From the IMG/VR virus record IMGVR_UViG_3300043467_001216: a stretch of 64,000 nt of DNA. One strand, written 5' to 3'. Below, piece by piece: positions 42,321 through 52,584 of this stretch. The stretch comes from a virus (taxonomy: Duplodnaviria; Heunggongvirae; Uroviricota; Caudoviricetes). Both the position numbers and the translations under genes were made by a program. The notes beneath the pieces were generated by a model, which worked only from the letters and a program-made list of their open reading frames with translations, did no database searches and was not told the DNA's origin. Positions within the stretch are counted from its first letter, which is position 1. The number at the start of each line of letters is the position of its first letter.

Positions 42321-44753
42321 ATGGGATATATTTTAAAAAATACAACAGGATTAATAAATAGTAAATTAACAGATACCGCAAGACAAATGTTGTCACAAGG
42401 TAAGTTTAATATTAGTTTTTTCCAAGTAGGGGATAGTGAAATGTTGTATAACACATTACCCTCGAATTATTTAATCAGTAATACTATGATATTAGAATCA
42501 GGTTTTAACGCTCAGAATTCTAGTGGTGTTCCTGAATCGAATAAACAAAACGTTAAATATCCGTATTATGTTGATGGTAATAATGGAAACACTTATGGTA
42601 TACCATATATGGATTCTGTTATAAGTCCAATTTATAATACTGCGGCTATGAGAGGTTTTTTCACAGGTGATACAAGTGTTTTACCAACTAGTTGGAGTGC
42701 ATCAACTGGTAATGATTATGTTAAAACATCAAATTATGTTGTTAATATGTCTAGTTTTACAGGTGGGACGACACTACAATTATTAAATGACTCTTGTAAT
42801 CCCGTTCAGTATACTCAATTTGAAAGGGGTGATTTTATTACGTTATACATAGATAATTTAGGTGCGTCAAATTGTGGGTGTGAAAATTTACCAACACCAA
42901 CACCAACACCGAGTATGTACTCAACACCAACACCAACCCCATCGGCACCACCATCACCAGGTAGTCCTTGTGCGTCACCTACACCTACACCATCACCTTC
43001 GGCATCTTATTGTCCCGACCCAACACCGGCACCATTAAAAACTGAATGTGTGATGTCAATGGCGTCTTGTTATTCAATATTAACGTATAGGATAGTTGAT
43101 GTGTGTGGTAATAAAATAACGTTAGATAGAACTACTCCTGACTTTTCAAATATTACATTCGTGAGTTGTTATGCGAGGGCGTTGGTTTATCCTAAAAAAA
43201 TGACTGATTTATATGATAGTATAACTCCATTGAATCATTATAATGATGATATCATTAATTTTGAATCGGTTTGTTCTCAAGATGAGTTTGACGTTAAAGT
43301 TTGGAATATGAATATTCCTTGGTCTGAAAATTTAGCTGGATTAGATTCGGGTGTTTATAAAGATTACCCACAATTTGGTTCGGTTAATTATTTGGGAACT
43401 AAAGAATATTTGGGTTATATGTCAAATAGTGGACAAACTTTTTTCATAAGTAATCAATTTAGTGCAGAAACTACGGATACGTATTATTACAATTCATTTG
43501 CGGAAATTGTTAAAGTTGAACCTGAAGAACAAAAGGCGATTGGTATAATTCATTATACAAATCAAACAATTGATTTATTCTATGGGGAAAAATTCGCGTT
43601 ACAACCATATGACCCAACGGCTCCTTATGATACTACGGGACAAGCAAGGAATTTTAAATTACATTTGCCTTGGTTAATGTGGCATAAAAATCCTGAATGT
43701 TGTATGGGTGAAACTTTTTGGGTTGACCCTCCAGGGTTTGAAGACCCTAGTGTTGTGTTATTTCAAGAACGATATATACAATCAACTAAGAATGAGGATA
43801 TGAATTCACCGGGTATTAGATATTATCATTTATGGGATACAAATATAAATCCTGATGGTTATCCTAACAGAGTTGGAAAAGTCTTCCCTGATGATAGGAT
43901 TATCATTATAGATGACGAAGAATTATTGGCTGCAATGTCTTATAAATCAAATCGAAATTGGACTTTACCGGCACCTAAATTATTTTTATCAACACCTAAC
44001 ACTTGTAATAGTTTAGGTAGTTCATTAGGTGTTTTAACAAATTCAAATGAGACTATGTTTGTTACGTATAGGTTTACAAATACAACGGCATTTACAAATT
44101 CATTACATTGTAATTATTATACAAAAATAACCGGACCTGATGTTGTTTGTAACCCTTCAAACTCTGAGAATGTTGGTGTTAGATTTAGTACAGGTTTCCC
44201 TTGTTTGGATTATTACGAAGATACGTTTAAACAAGGATTTTTTGCTGAAAAAATTGAAATTATTTGTCAAAAAGTTACAACAGGTAATCGACCACAATCT
44301 GATAGTTGGAGGGTTATTGATATGACTGATGTTTTAAGTGCAAATACAATCAATGGTTACATTACTCAGGATGCAATTACTGGTAGTACATTTGTTATTA
44401 CTAAAGAATTGTATGATGCTGCGGTAAATGATATTTATGATTTAGGTGATTATATTGATATTACACAGGAAGGTTCTACGGGACTACAATTAAACTTTGG
44501 TGATGAATATTATTTCTATGGGTCTTTAGAAACTGATATACAAGCGACCATATATGAAATGGTCTATAAACTGAATTTATCTAACTCTGAATTTCAGACC
44601 TCATCAAATCCTACGTGGAATACGGGAACAAAACCATATATTACTGAACTTGGTCTTTACGATTCTGATAAAAATCTTATGATTGTATCAAAACTACAGT
44701 CTCCCGTTTTAAGACAAGGGATTCAACAGTTTTTAATTAAATTTGATTTTTAA
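42321..44753 (+). CDS. Tail fibre-attachment/baseplate protein (P2 gpH N-terminal-like) with Pro/Thr insert
   Basis: N-terminal SKLTDTARQMLSQG..NISFFQVGDSE and C-terminal YITELGLYDSDKNLMIVSKLQSPV resemble the gpH/DUF3751-type fold; internal PTPTPTPS stretch. Confidence 0.55.
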   Translation: MGYILKNTTGLINSKLTDTARQMLSQGKFNISFFQVGDSEMLYNTLPSNYLISNTMILESGFNAQNSSGVPESNKQNVKYPYYVDGNNGNTYGIPYMDSVISPIYNTAAMRGFFTGDTSVLPTSWSASTGNDYVKTSNYVVNMSSFTGGTTLQLLNDSCNPVQYTQFERGDFITLYIDNLGASNCGCENLPTPTPTPSMYSTPTPTPSAPPSPGSPCASPTPTPSPSASYCPDPTPAPLKTECVMSMASCYSILTYRIVDVCGNKITLDRTTPDFSNITFVSCYARALVYPKKMTDLYDSITPLNHYNDDIINFESVCSQDEFDVKVWNMNIPWSENLAGLDSGVYKDYPQFGSVNYLGTKEYLGYMSNSGQTFFISNQFSAETTDTYYYNSFAEIVKVEPEEQKAIGIIHYTNQTIDLFYGEKFALQPYDPTAPYDTTGQARNFKLHLPWLMWHKNPECCMGETFWVDPPGFEDPSVVLFQERYIQSTKNEDMNSPGIRYYHLWDTNINPDGYPNRVGKVFPDDRIIIIDDEELLAAMSYKSNRNWTLPAPKLFLSTPNTCNSLGSSLGVLTNSNETMFVTYRFTNTTAFTNSLHCNYYTKITGPDVVCNPSNSENVGVRFSTGFPCLDYYEDTFKQGFFAEKIEIICQKVTTGNRPQSDSWRVIDMTDVLSANTINGYITQDAITGSTFVITKELYDAAVNDIYDLGDYIDITQEGSTGLQLNFGDEYYFYGSLETDIQATIYEMVYKLNLSNSEFQTSSNPTWNTGTKPYITELGLYDSDKNLMIVSKLQSPVLRQGIQQFLIKFDF

Positions 44754-44754
44754 T

Positions 44755-45354
44755 ATGAGAAAAACTTTAAAAGAAAGTCCCAAAGTATTGGGACTTGATA
44801 TCTCAACAAAAACTATTGGATGGGCGTTGTTCGAAATTAAAAGTGGTGATTTGTTAGAATTGACACACATATCGCCAGTCCCAAAACCAAAAGAAGAGTG
44901 TAAAATTAAGGAATTGTTACTTAAAAGTGACATTTTTAAAACAAAGTTAGAACAATATAAAGGATTAGGAATTACTAAAATAATAATAGAAGAACCATTA
45001 TTAAATTCAAATAATATCCGAACAGTTCAAACGTTATTAAGATTTAATAGTTTTGTTTGTAAAGTAATTTACGACACATTAGGTATTATACCGGATTTCA
45101 TTTCAACATATGAGTCAAGAAAAAATGCTTTTCCTGAATTAGTTCAAGAAAATGATAAAGGTAAATTTGTTCTATTTGGTGGGTTACCTAAAGATATTGA
45201 TAAGAAAATGATTGTTTGGGAAAAGGTTGCAAAACGAGAACCACAGATACAGTGGTTATATACTAAAAATAATACATTGAAAAAAGAAAATTTTGACCAA
45301 ACAGATGCTTATTGTTGTGTTTTAGGATTTATGAAACAACTTAAAATTTGGTAA
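44755..45354 (+). CDS. ruvC: RuvC-like Holliday junction resolvase
   Basis: VLGLDISTKTIGW, IIIEEP, DQTDAY acidic catalytic motifs; start placed at the ATG after the upstream stop. Confidence 0.75.
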   Translation: MRKTLKESPKVLGLDISTKTIGWALFEIKSGDLLELTHISPVPKPKEECKIKELLLKSDIFKTKLEQYKGLGITKIIIEEPLLNSNNIRTVQTLLRFNSFVCKVIYDTLGIIPDFISTYESRKNAFPELVQENDKGKFVLFGGLPKDIDKKMIVWEKVAKREPQIQWLYTKNNTLKKENFDQTDAYCCVLGFMKQLKIW

Positions 45355-45368
45355 ATTATTTTAATAAT

Positions 45369-45400
45369 AAAAAAAGGGAAGATAAAACTTCCCTTTTTTT
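45369..45400. terminator. Bidirectional intrinsic terminator between convergent operons
   Basis: AAAAAAAGGGAAG-ATAAAA-CTTCCCTTTTTTT between ruvC (+) and the mucin-like gene (-). Confidence 0.9.
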
Positions 45401-45455
45401 ATGCCCTTTTGTTTTGTAATTAGGAAATGTTTTACATAACAAATATAATAAAAAA

Positions 45456-48095
45456 TTATTGTAATTCTATAAATCCTGTACCGTCTTGTAGTATAATGTA
45501 ATCACCTGTCTGTAGTAATAATAAATTACCTGTCAATGTTGTAGGTGTTGGTGTTGGTGTACTTGAAGGTGTGTATGATGGGGTTTGACTTGGTGTGTAT
45601 GATGGGGTTTGTGTGTTAGTTGGTGTTATACTATTTGTTGGGGTTTGTGTGTTAGTTGGTGTAATACTATTTGTTGGTGTAATACTATTTGTTGGGGTAA
45701 CAGTGTTAGTTGGTGTGATGGTGTTAGTTGGTGTGATGGTGTTAGTCGGAGTTACAGTTCTTGTCGGTGTTTGAGTATTGGTTGTTGTTGGTGTTGGTGT
45801 CGGTGTTGGACAAGGGTTTGATGAAGTACAAGATAAGCAATCAAAATCACCATCAACTTGAGGGTAAACAGGTTTAGTGTTATCCCAAACAATGGTTGGT
45901 GAACCTATTGCTGGATATGTCCCAACTTTATAACAATATCCATTAGTTGCGACAACAACATAATTAGCGTCAACTCCGGCATATGTGATAGGAATACTAA
46001 TAACATCATATGTGACGTATGTCCCACAACAAGGGTATGCTTCGGCAATAACATAAATAGTTGTTGGTGTTGGTGTTATTGTATTTGTTGGCGTTTGGGT
46101 AGGTGTTTTAGTTACTGTTGATGTTATTGTATTTGTCGGTGTTATTGTATTTGTTGGCGTTTGAGTCGGAGTTTCTGTGTTTGTTGGTGTTTGGGTGATA
46201 GTATTTGTAGGTGTTTGAGTGATAGTATTAGTAGGGGTTTGGGTGATAGTATTAGTAGGGGTAATTGTGTTAGTTGGTGTAGGGGTATTTGTGGGTGTTT
46301 CGGTGTTAGTTGGTGTAATTGTGTTAGTTGGTGTTGGGGTATTTGTAGGTGTTTCAGTGTTAGTTGGTGTAATTGTGTTAGTTGGTGTTTGGGTTGGAGT
46401 TTCCGTAACAGTTGATGTTATTGTGTTAGTTGGTGTTTGGGTTGGAGTTTCTGTATTCGTTGGTGTAATTGTATTTGTTGGAGTTTGGGTTGGAGTTTCT
46501 GTATTCGTTGGTGTAATAGTATTCGTTGGTGTTTGTGTTGGGGTTTCTGTATTAGTTGGTGTAATTGTATTTGTTGGTGTTTGAGTTGGGGTTTCTGTGT
46601 TCGTAGGTGTAATTGTGTTAGTTGGTGTTTGAGTTGGGGTTTCTGTGTTCGTAGGTGTAATTGTGTTAGTTGGTGTTTGTGTTGGGGTTTCAGTATTAGT
46701 TGATGTTATCGTATTAGTTGGTGTTTGAGTTGGGGTTTCAGTGTTCGTAGGTGTAATTGTATTTGTTGGTGTTTGAGTTGGTGTTTCAGTGTTCGTGGGT
46801 GTAATAGTATTCGTTGGAGTTATAGTATTCGTTGGGGTTTGTGTTGGTGTCTCAGTATTAGTTGATGTTATCGTATTAGTCGGTGTTTGAGTTGGGGTTT
46901 CAGTGTTCGTAGGTGTAATTGTATTTGTAGGCGTTTGTGTTGGAGTTTCAGTGTTAGTCGGCGTTTGTGTTGGGGTTTCAGTGTTCGTAGGTGTAATTGT
47001 ATTTGTTGGGGTAATTGTGTTGGTCGGAGTTTGTGTTGGTGTCTCAGTATTAGTTGATGTTATTGTATTTGTTGGTGTTTGTGTTGGTGTCTCAGTATTA
47101 GTTGATGTTATTGTATTTGTTGGTGTTTGAGTTGGAGTTTCAGTAACAGTTGGGGTTATTGTGTTAGTTGGAGTTTGAGTTGGTGTTTCAGTATTAGTTG
47201 ATGTTATCGTATTTGTTGGAGTTTGAGTTGGTGTTTCAGTATTAGTTGATGTTATCGTATTTGTTGGAGTTTGAGTTGGTGTTTCAGTTACTGTTGGAGT
47301 TTGTGTTGGAGTTTCAGTGTTAGTTGATGTTATTGTGTTAGTCGGCGTTTGAGTTGGTGTTTCTGTGTTCGTAGGTGTAATTGTATTTGTTGGGGTAATT
47401 GTGTTAGTTGGAGTTTGAGTTGGTGTTTCAGTGTTCGTAGGTGTAATTGTATTTGTTGGGGTAATTGTGTTGGTCGGAGTTTGTGTTGGTGTTTCTGTGT
47501 TCGTAGGTGTAATAGTATTCGTTGGTGTTTGTGTTGGTGTCTCCGTATTAGTTGGTGTGATAGTATTAGTTGGTGTAGGGGTTTGTGTTGGAGTTTCAGT
47601 ATTAGTTGGTGTGATAGTATTAGTTTGAGTAGGAGTTTGTGTTTGAGTTTCAGTATTAGTCGGTGTAATTGTGTTAGTTGGGGTTGGTGTTTGTGTTGGT
47701 GTCTCCGTATTAGTTGGTGTAATAGTATTGGTTTGAGTTGGTGTTTGTGTATACGTAGGTGTAACTGTTGGTGTTTGTGTATACGTAGGTGTAACTGTTG
47801 GTGTTTGAGTATTTGATGGTGTAACTGTAGGAGTGATTGTTGGGGTAGGGGTTGGTGTTTTGGTTAATACTAAGTAACAATAAACTATTTCAAATCTTTC
47901 ACAATCGTGTGAAATTATTCTAACACCAACGGCAGGTGCGGTGTTAAATAATGGGGGTAAATATATTTGATTAGTCGGAGGTATGTTTGTGTCAACTGTT
48001 GCAACTAAGATACATTGATTACCGAATACGTCACATACATATATATTATATGGGAATGATAATCCTGTAATATCTGTAATCTGAATTGATGTCAT
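45456..48095 (-). CDS. Mucin/extensin-like Thr-Pro repeat protein, putative virion fibre (879 aa)
   Basis: ~75-aa Cys-containing N-domain, ~600-aa TPT repeat, ~80-aa Cys-rich domain, second TP block, C-terminal LLLQTGDYIILQDG motif; own TATTTAT motif upstream. Confidence 0.75.
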   Translation of the reverse strand: MTSIQITDITGLSFPYNIYVCDVFGNQCILVATVDTNIPPTNQIYLPPLFNTAPAVGVRIISHDCERFEIVYCYLVLTKTPTPTPTITPTVTPSNTQTPTVTPTYTQTPTVTPTYTQTPTQTNTITPTNTETPTQTPTPTNTITPTNTETQTQTPTQTNTITPTNTETPTQTPTPTNTITPTNTETPTQTPTNTITPTNTETPTQTPTNTITPTNTITPTNTETPTQTPTNTITPTNTITPTNTETPTQTPTNTITSTNTETPTQTPTVTETPTQTPTNTITSTNTETPTQTPTNTITSTNTETPTQTPTNTITPTVTETPTQTPTNTITSTNTETPTQTPTNTITSTNTETPTQTPTNTITPTNTITPTNTETPTQTPTNTETPTQTPTNTITPTNTETPTQTPTNTITSTNTETPTQTPTNTITPTNTITPTNTETPTQTPTNTITPTNTETPTQTPTNTITSTNTETPTQTPTNTITPTNTETPTQTPTNTITPTNTETPTQTPTNTITPTNTETPTQTPTNTITPTNTETPTQTPTNTITPTNTETPTQTPTNTITSTVTETPTQTPTNTITPTNTETPTNTPTPTNTITPTNTETPTNTPTPTNTITPTNTITQTPTNTITQTPTNTITQTPTNTETPTQTPTNTITPTNTITSTVTKTPTQTPTNTITPTPTTIYVIAEAYPCCGTYVTYDVISIPITYAGVDANYVVVATNGYCYKVGTYPAIGSPTIVWDNTKPVYPQVDGDFDCLSCTSSNPCPTPTPTPTTTNTQTPTRTVTPTNTITPTNTITPTNTVTPTNSITPTNSITPTNTQTPTNSITPTNTQTPSYTPSQTPSYTPSSTPTPTPTTLTGNLLLLQTGDYIILQDGTGFIELQ
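45538..45810 (-). repeat. Second Thr/Pro repeat block (TPTNSI/TPTNTQ/TPSY)
   Basis: Visible in both the sequence and the translation. Confidence 0.9.
46061..47866 (-). repeat. Coding tandem repeat of TPTNTI / TPTNTE / TPTQ modules
   Basis: Visible GT-rich repeat on the + strand; third-codon positions vary between units while the peptide is kept. Confidence 0.95.
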
Positions 48096-48108
48096 AATAT
48101 ATTTAATA

Positions 48109-48115
48109 ATAAATA
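48109..48115 (-). promoter_or_regulatory. TATTTAT putative phage late promoter (minus strand)
   Basis: ATAAATA on the + strand, 13 nt upstream of the mucin-like gene start. Confidence 0.55.
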
Positions 48116-48138
48116 TTTCAAAGTTGATTTATTTAAAA

Positions 48139-50307
48139 TTAAGGATAAACATAAGTTGAATTTATAATACCGGCAGTACTACTCCACACATCAATATAAT
48201 TACCTGTTGTGTCAAAATTTGAAATTTGTTGTGCTTGTATTTTATATTGTAATGGTGACCAACTTGTAACAACAACATTATGTGAAAATACTGTTTGTGC
48301 GTAATTATTACCTGATTGATATGTATGATTTTCCCAATCCCAAGTTCTACCTGATAACGAAGGTATTAGTGTGTTAGTAAAACCTGATGCTGGGTATGTG
48401 AGGTTAGAATAAGTATTGTAAATAACTAAACTACCTGTAAATGATGAGTTGGTTCTGGTACTTGTTTGTGATTTTAAACCATTAACGTCAGTAAATGGTG
48501 TTGTTCGTCTATAGCCTGTTACGTTACGAATGTAACCTGTTAAATTTCTAGTTGCGTTTGCGTTGATGGCTAAGTTTTGGTTATTACAATTAGAACAAGT
48601 GTTAGGACAAACGTAGTTATTAGAAATTAACGGTGTTGTAATATACATATAGTAATTAAATCCTGGGTATGGAGTTGTGTTACCTGAACTAATTACTGAA
48701 GAATAATGGAATTCCAATTCTTCATAACTTGGTGTTGAGTCACCACAAGTTGGTGTTCCGTTATAGACTGATAATCTTATGAATTTATAATAACTGTATG
48801 TTAAACTATTACTTGAGTATGCACCACAAGACGCGACTATTGATGCTTGAGCTGCCGACCAATCAGTGTAATATACGTTTAAATCCGACAAACTAGTAAA
48901 GTAAATTTCAACCTTTGTTGTTGCGGTTTTAACAACTTTTATTTGTTGACCTGGAATGTTAACACATACACCTGAACGACCCGGACCACAACTTGTTATT
49001 TCGTTAAAATTGTCATATAATGAATAACCTGTGTCTAAACCAAGTAATTTGGTGGTATTATCGGTTGCTATGTTATTAAAAATTGAACTTGTGTTGAGTT
49101 TAACTAATGTAGATTCGGTAAAACCTGTAGTTTCATTAACACTACAACCACTGACAGAATAATTGACTTTGTATTTACCACAAGTATCAGGTCCTAATAT
49201 TTGAATAGTTGATGCTTTAATTTTATAAGGTTTGTTTCGATATGAATCTAAACAAGTTTTAGTTGCGGTAGGTAACGTTGAACAACCAAAGGAGTATTTC
49301 CAAGTAGTTGAATTATTACTTGGGTTAGGTGTGACATTAATAATTATTTTATCGTTATTATTTACCGTTAATCCTGTTAATACGGTTATTTTTTTAAAAT
49401 TAGTGTAATAATATAATTTAGGCCAAGTAGTTGGGGTAAAATCGACACTTCCTGCGTCATCACCAACCCTAATTTCCTCAAGTAAAATTGGTTGAGGGTA
49501 AGAGCTACCTACAAAGGTTAATTTAAGAGTGTCATATATACTTAAACCCTCAAATTTCCAAATAAATGCTTTTGTTGTTGAGTTTATAACGAAAACTGCG
49601 GATAATGAATCAGGTGCTATACTACTATCAGTATATACGAATTCTTTATAATGAGTATATAGTGGGTCAGGACCTCCGGTTCCGTTATTACAATTATAAG
49701 GTGAAACAATAACACTACTCGAACAACCTGTTAAATTACAAGAAATTATGTTACCTGTACCTCCCGTTGAAGAAAATTTAACACCATTTAGTTCGACTTT
49801 TCTAATTCTTGAGGTGTAAGTACCGTCAATTAAGATTGGTGAGTTTACATTATTTATAGGGTGGGTATATTGGTATTCACCTGAAAATAACGTACCTTTA
49901 CCTGATGTAAATGCTAAACTAGTTGAAGGGGCTGGGCCATACCAATCAATTACGAAGTTACTTATGTCATTATCACAAGTTCCGGATAAACCATTCACGT
50001 TAATAAGTGAAGTTAAGTTATTGGTAACACCACTTAATCCTAATGTACAAGTGTAACAAACATTATTATTACTAACAGCTATATCAACATAACAAAAACT
50101 TACAGGGTCAAAAATACGAATATTTTCAGTACCATCAGGAACTAAAAAAGTGAAAGGACAATTTGCACCTGTTATTGATGTTGTTGGTATTGTTCTAACA
50201 AAGATTCCTGGATTTAGGGTTGATACAGGATTACTATAAACACTTAACGTTGGACCTAGTGGTGATGTACCCGTGTTACTTAGACAAGCCGATACGGAAA
50301 ATGACAT
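48139..50307 (-). CDS. Putative tail fibre/receptor-binding protein, paralog A (722 aa)
   Basis: Beta-rich, Cys-rich; N-terminal half clearly homologous to the adjacent 50326 gene. Confidence 0.6.
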   Translation of the reverse strand: MSFSVSACLSNTGTSPLGPTLSVYSNPVSTLNPGIFVRTIPTTSITGANCPFTFLVPDGTENIRIFDPVSFCYVDIAVSNNNVCYTCTLGLSGVTNNLTSLINVNGLSGTCDNDISNFVIDWYGPAPSTSLAFTSGKGTLFSGEYQYTHPINNVNSPILIDGTYTSRIRKVELNGVKFSSTGGTGNIISCNLTGCSSSVIVSPYNCNNGTGGPDPLYTHYKEFVYTDSSIAPDSLSAVFVINSTTKAFIWKFEGLSIYDTLKLTFVGSSYPQPILLEEIRVGDDAGSVDFTPTTWPKLYYYTNFKKITVLTGLTVNNNDKIIINVTPNPSNNSTTWKYSFGCSTLPTATKTCLDSYRNKPYKIKASTIQILGPDTCGKYKVNYSVSGCSVNETTGFTESTLVKLNTSSIFNNIATDNTTKLLGLDTGYSLYDNFNEITSCGPGRSGVCVNIPGQQIKVVKTATTKVEIYFTSLSDLNVYYTDWSAAQASIVASCGAYSSNSLTYSYYKFIRLSVYNGTPTCGDSTPSYEELEFHYSSVISSGNTTPYPGFNYYMYITTPLISNNYVCPNTCSNCNNQNLAINANATRNLTGYIRNVTGYRRTTPFTDVNGLKSQTSTRTNSSFTGSLVIYNTYSNLTYPASGFTNTLIPSLSGRTWDWENHTYQSGNNYAQTVFSHNVVVTSWSPLQYKIQAQQISNFDTTGNYIDVWSSTAGIINSTYVYP

Positions 50308-50325
50308 AATGTTATTATTTTAAAT

Positions 50326-52557
50326 TTATATTAAATAGTTTGAATTTGAGTAATTTAGAGTTCCGTTTAAGTATTCGTAAACTAGAGTAATTTCACGCGG
50401 AAAAACTAGATTTCCTGATTCATTAATTCGATGTGCGTAAATACGAAAATTATCAGCAACTGCGGTTTCGTCAAAAAATTCCCATACGTAATAATAGTTA
50501 TAATTACGTTGAATATTTTGAGAGGTTAAACTATCACCATTGTTGGTAATTAATCCAAGATTAGGGCAAGTAACTCCTGATAACGAAGGTATTAAGGTGT
50601 ATGATGTACCCGATGCTGGTATTGTATAATTTTGATAGAAACTGGTATAGAATCCACCGGATAAGGTTGCTCCTGTTTGTGTGGAAACAGATGAGGACAT
50701 ACTTCTAAAAAAATATATTCCGTTATTTCTGATAGCACCAACATTTGTTGTTCCTGTATAATTAAATGTTGAACTTGAATAAGTGTTAACGTAAAAATCA
50801 ACCAATTGATTTTGGTATCCGATACAATTTAAATCACAATCATCATATGTGATTCCTGCTGATATCATTGGTATTGTGAATTGTATAAAGTAATTACTAC
50901 CAGTTGTACCTGTTGTTACTATAGAACTTTGGTGAAAATTAATCGAATTATTAGGAATACCGTCACCACAAGGGGTTATACCTGTTGCGGTGGTATATTC
51001 TAACGTAAAATATCTATAATATCCTATGTTAGTATTGTCACCTGAAAATGGTGATATAGATGGTACGACAAAATTTTTATAATTATCGTATATCATAGTT
51101 ATTGGTGTTAAACTATTTGAAGTTACCTTAAATAGTGTTGGGGTTTTATTATATGTTATATCTATACCTTCACCCAAGTTGTTACATGAGCGGCTTTGAG
51201 TCCAAGTTGGATATTGACACGTTAATTGGTTGAAATAAATGGAATTTGTCCCCCAATCAGGAGTTGGACCATTATAATTAATATAGTTATTAGTTCTATC
51301 AATTCGTGCGTAACCGGCATTATTATAAAAACTTCCGGCGTATTGATAAATTGTTGTTCCTGTTATTTCAGACATATTACAACCACTAAGAGACATTGCA
51401 ATTATTGAAACACAACTAGTGTCGAGTACGGAAATAGTAGACTCAACGATTTTCCAAGTGTAGGAAGTGTTACCTGAATCTGTTGGGACTTCATCTGGTA
51501 TACATATATCGCAATTAACTGTGTCCAAACAACCACAATAAAATGTCCAACTTGTTTGAGTTGTTGAGGTTGACGGTGTTACTTCTATTAATATAGCGTC
51601 ACCGGCATTTACAGTTAATCCACTTAAAGTTGTGACTTTACCAAAATATTCGGCGGTGGAGGCTGATTTAGGGAACGTTGTTGAATTGAAATTATTTGAT
51701 GTTAAATCAGAACCAACTTCCCAATATTCTAAAATTAATGGTTGTGGGTATGCGGAACCACTAAATGTTAATTTGAGTTTATCTGGAACTGAAAAACCTT
51801 TAAATTTCCACGGAAAATACTTAGTACCTGCTGATAACTCAAAGGTGGTGGTTAACGGTTCGGGTGTTATACCACCTGTTGTTGCTGAATAAAAGAATTT
51901 ATGTTCATACTGTGGTAAATCAGAACTATCACCACCATTATCACAATTTAAAGCGGTGACTTCTATTGATGGTAAACAATCCATTTCGGCTAATATGTAT
52001 CCTGGTATTTCAGTTTTTGAGAAAAGAACACCGTTAAGTTCAATTTTTTCCAATCTTGGTTCAAAAGTTCCTGATGTTGATAAAGGTGATGAAGTACCAA
52101 CTAATGGGTGTGTATATAGATATGGGGCAAACATAGTTCCTTTACCTGAACTAAATTTAAATATCGGATTTAAAGGGTCTGAAACATTATACCAATTAAT
52201 AAGATAGTTGGATATACTAGCATCACAACTACCTGTAATATCACCGGCAACAATTTTACCAACAGATGGTGTTACGTAACTGTTAAAATTTAAATCACAA
52301 GTAACACATAAATCATTATTACTAACGGGTATGTCGGTATAACAAAAATTATCAATATCGTATAATCTAATTGTTGTTGTACCATCAGGAAGTACTAAAA
52401 TATAAGGACAATTACCACCTGTAATCTCTGAACTTGGGACTGTTGTTACAAACACCCCTAAGTTAGATGGTGATACTGGGTTACTGTATACGGAAAGTGT
52501 TGGTGATAATGTATATGACCCTACATAATTTAAACATGTTGATGCTGAAAATGACAT
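50326..52557 (-). CDS. Putative tail fibre/receptor-binding protein, paralog B (743 aa)
   Basis: MSFSASTCL...PTLSVYSNPVS start shared with paralog A; shared FSSGKGT.F...Y.Y.HP and K.ELNGV.FS motifs. Confidence 0.6.
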   Translation of the reverse strand: MSFSASTCLNYVGSYTLSPTLSVYSNPVSPSNLGVFVTTVPSSEITGGNCPYILVLPDGTTTIRLYDIDNFCYTDIPVSNNDLCVTCDLNFNSYVTPSVGKIVAGDITGSCDASISNYLINWYNVSDPLNPIFKFSSGKGTMFAPYLYTHPLVGTSSPLSTSGTFEPRLEKIELNGVLFSKTEIPGYILAEMDCLPSIEVTALNCDNGGDSSDLPQYEHKFFYSATTGGITPEPLTTTFELSAGTKYFPWKFKGFSVPDKLKLTFSGSAYPQPLILEYWEVGSDLTSNNFNSTTFPKSASTAEYFGKVTTLSGLTVNAGDAILIEVTPSTSTTQTSWTFYCGCLDTVNCDICIPDEVPTDSGNTSYTWKIVESTISVLDTSCVSIIAMSLSGCNMSEITGTTIYQYAGSFYNNAGYARIDRTNNYINYNGPTPDWGTNSIYFNQLTCQYPTWTQSRSCNNLGEGIDITYNKTPTLFKVTSNSLTPITMIYDNYKNFVVPSISPFSGDNTNIGYYRYFTLEYTTATGITPCGDGIPNNSINFHQSSIVTTGTTGSNYFIQFTIPMISAGITYDDCDLNCIGYQNQLVDFYVNTYSSSTFNYTGTTNVGAIRNNGIYFFRSMSSSVSTQTGATLSGGFYTSFYQNYTIPASGTSYTLIPSLSGVTCPNLGLITNNGDSLTSQNIQRNYNYYYVWEFFDETAVADNFRIYAHRINESGNLVFPREITLVYEYLNGTLNYSNSNYLI

Positions 52558-52584
52558 AATATTATTATTTTTATTTTATCTTAA

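Noticed and set aside
45609-47816. Several + strand ORFs rich in Val/Gly or Cys/Trp over the TP repeat
   Set aside because: They are antisense shadows of the minus-strand Thr-Pro repeat (ACN/CCN codons lack stops on the opposite strand) and have no independent start or expression signals.
45538-47866. CRISPR array or DNA satellite
   Set aside because: No constant repeat with unique spacers; units are in-frame, with synonymous variation, inside an ORF.
48139-52557. Diversity-generating retroelement template/variable repeat pair
   Set aside because: The paralogs diverge at all bases rather than at adenines only; no near-identical ~100-nt pair or reverse transcriptase seen in the window.
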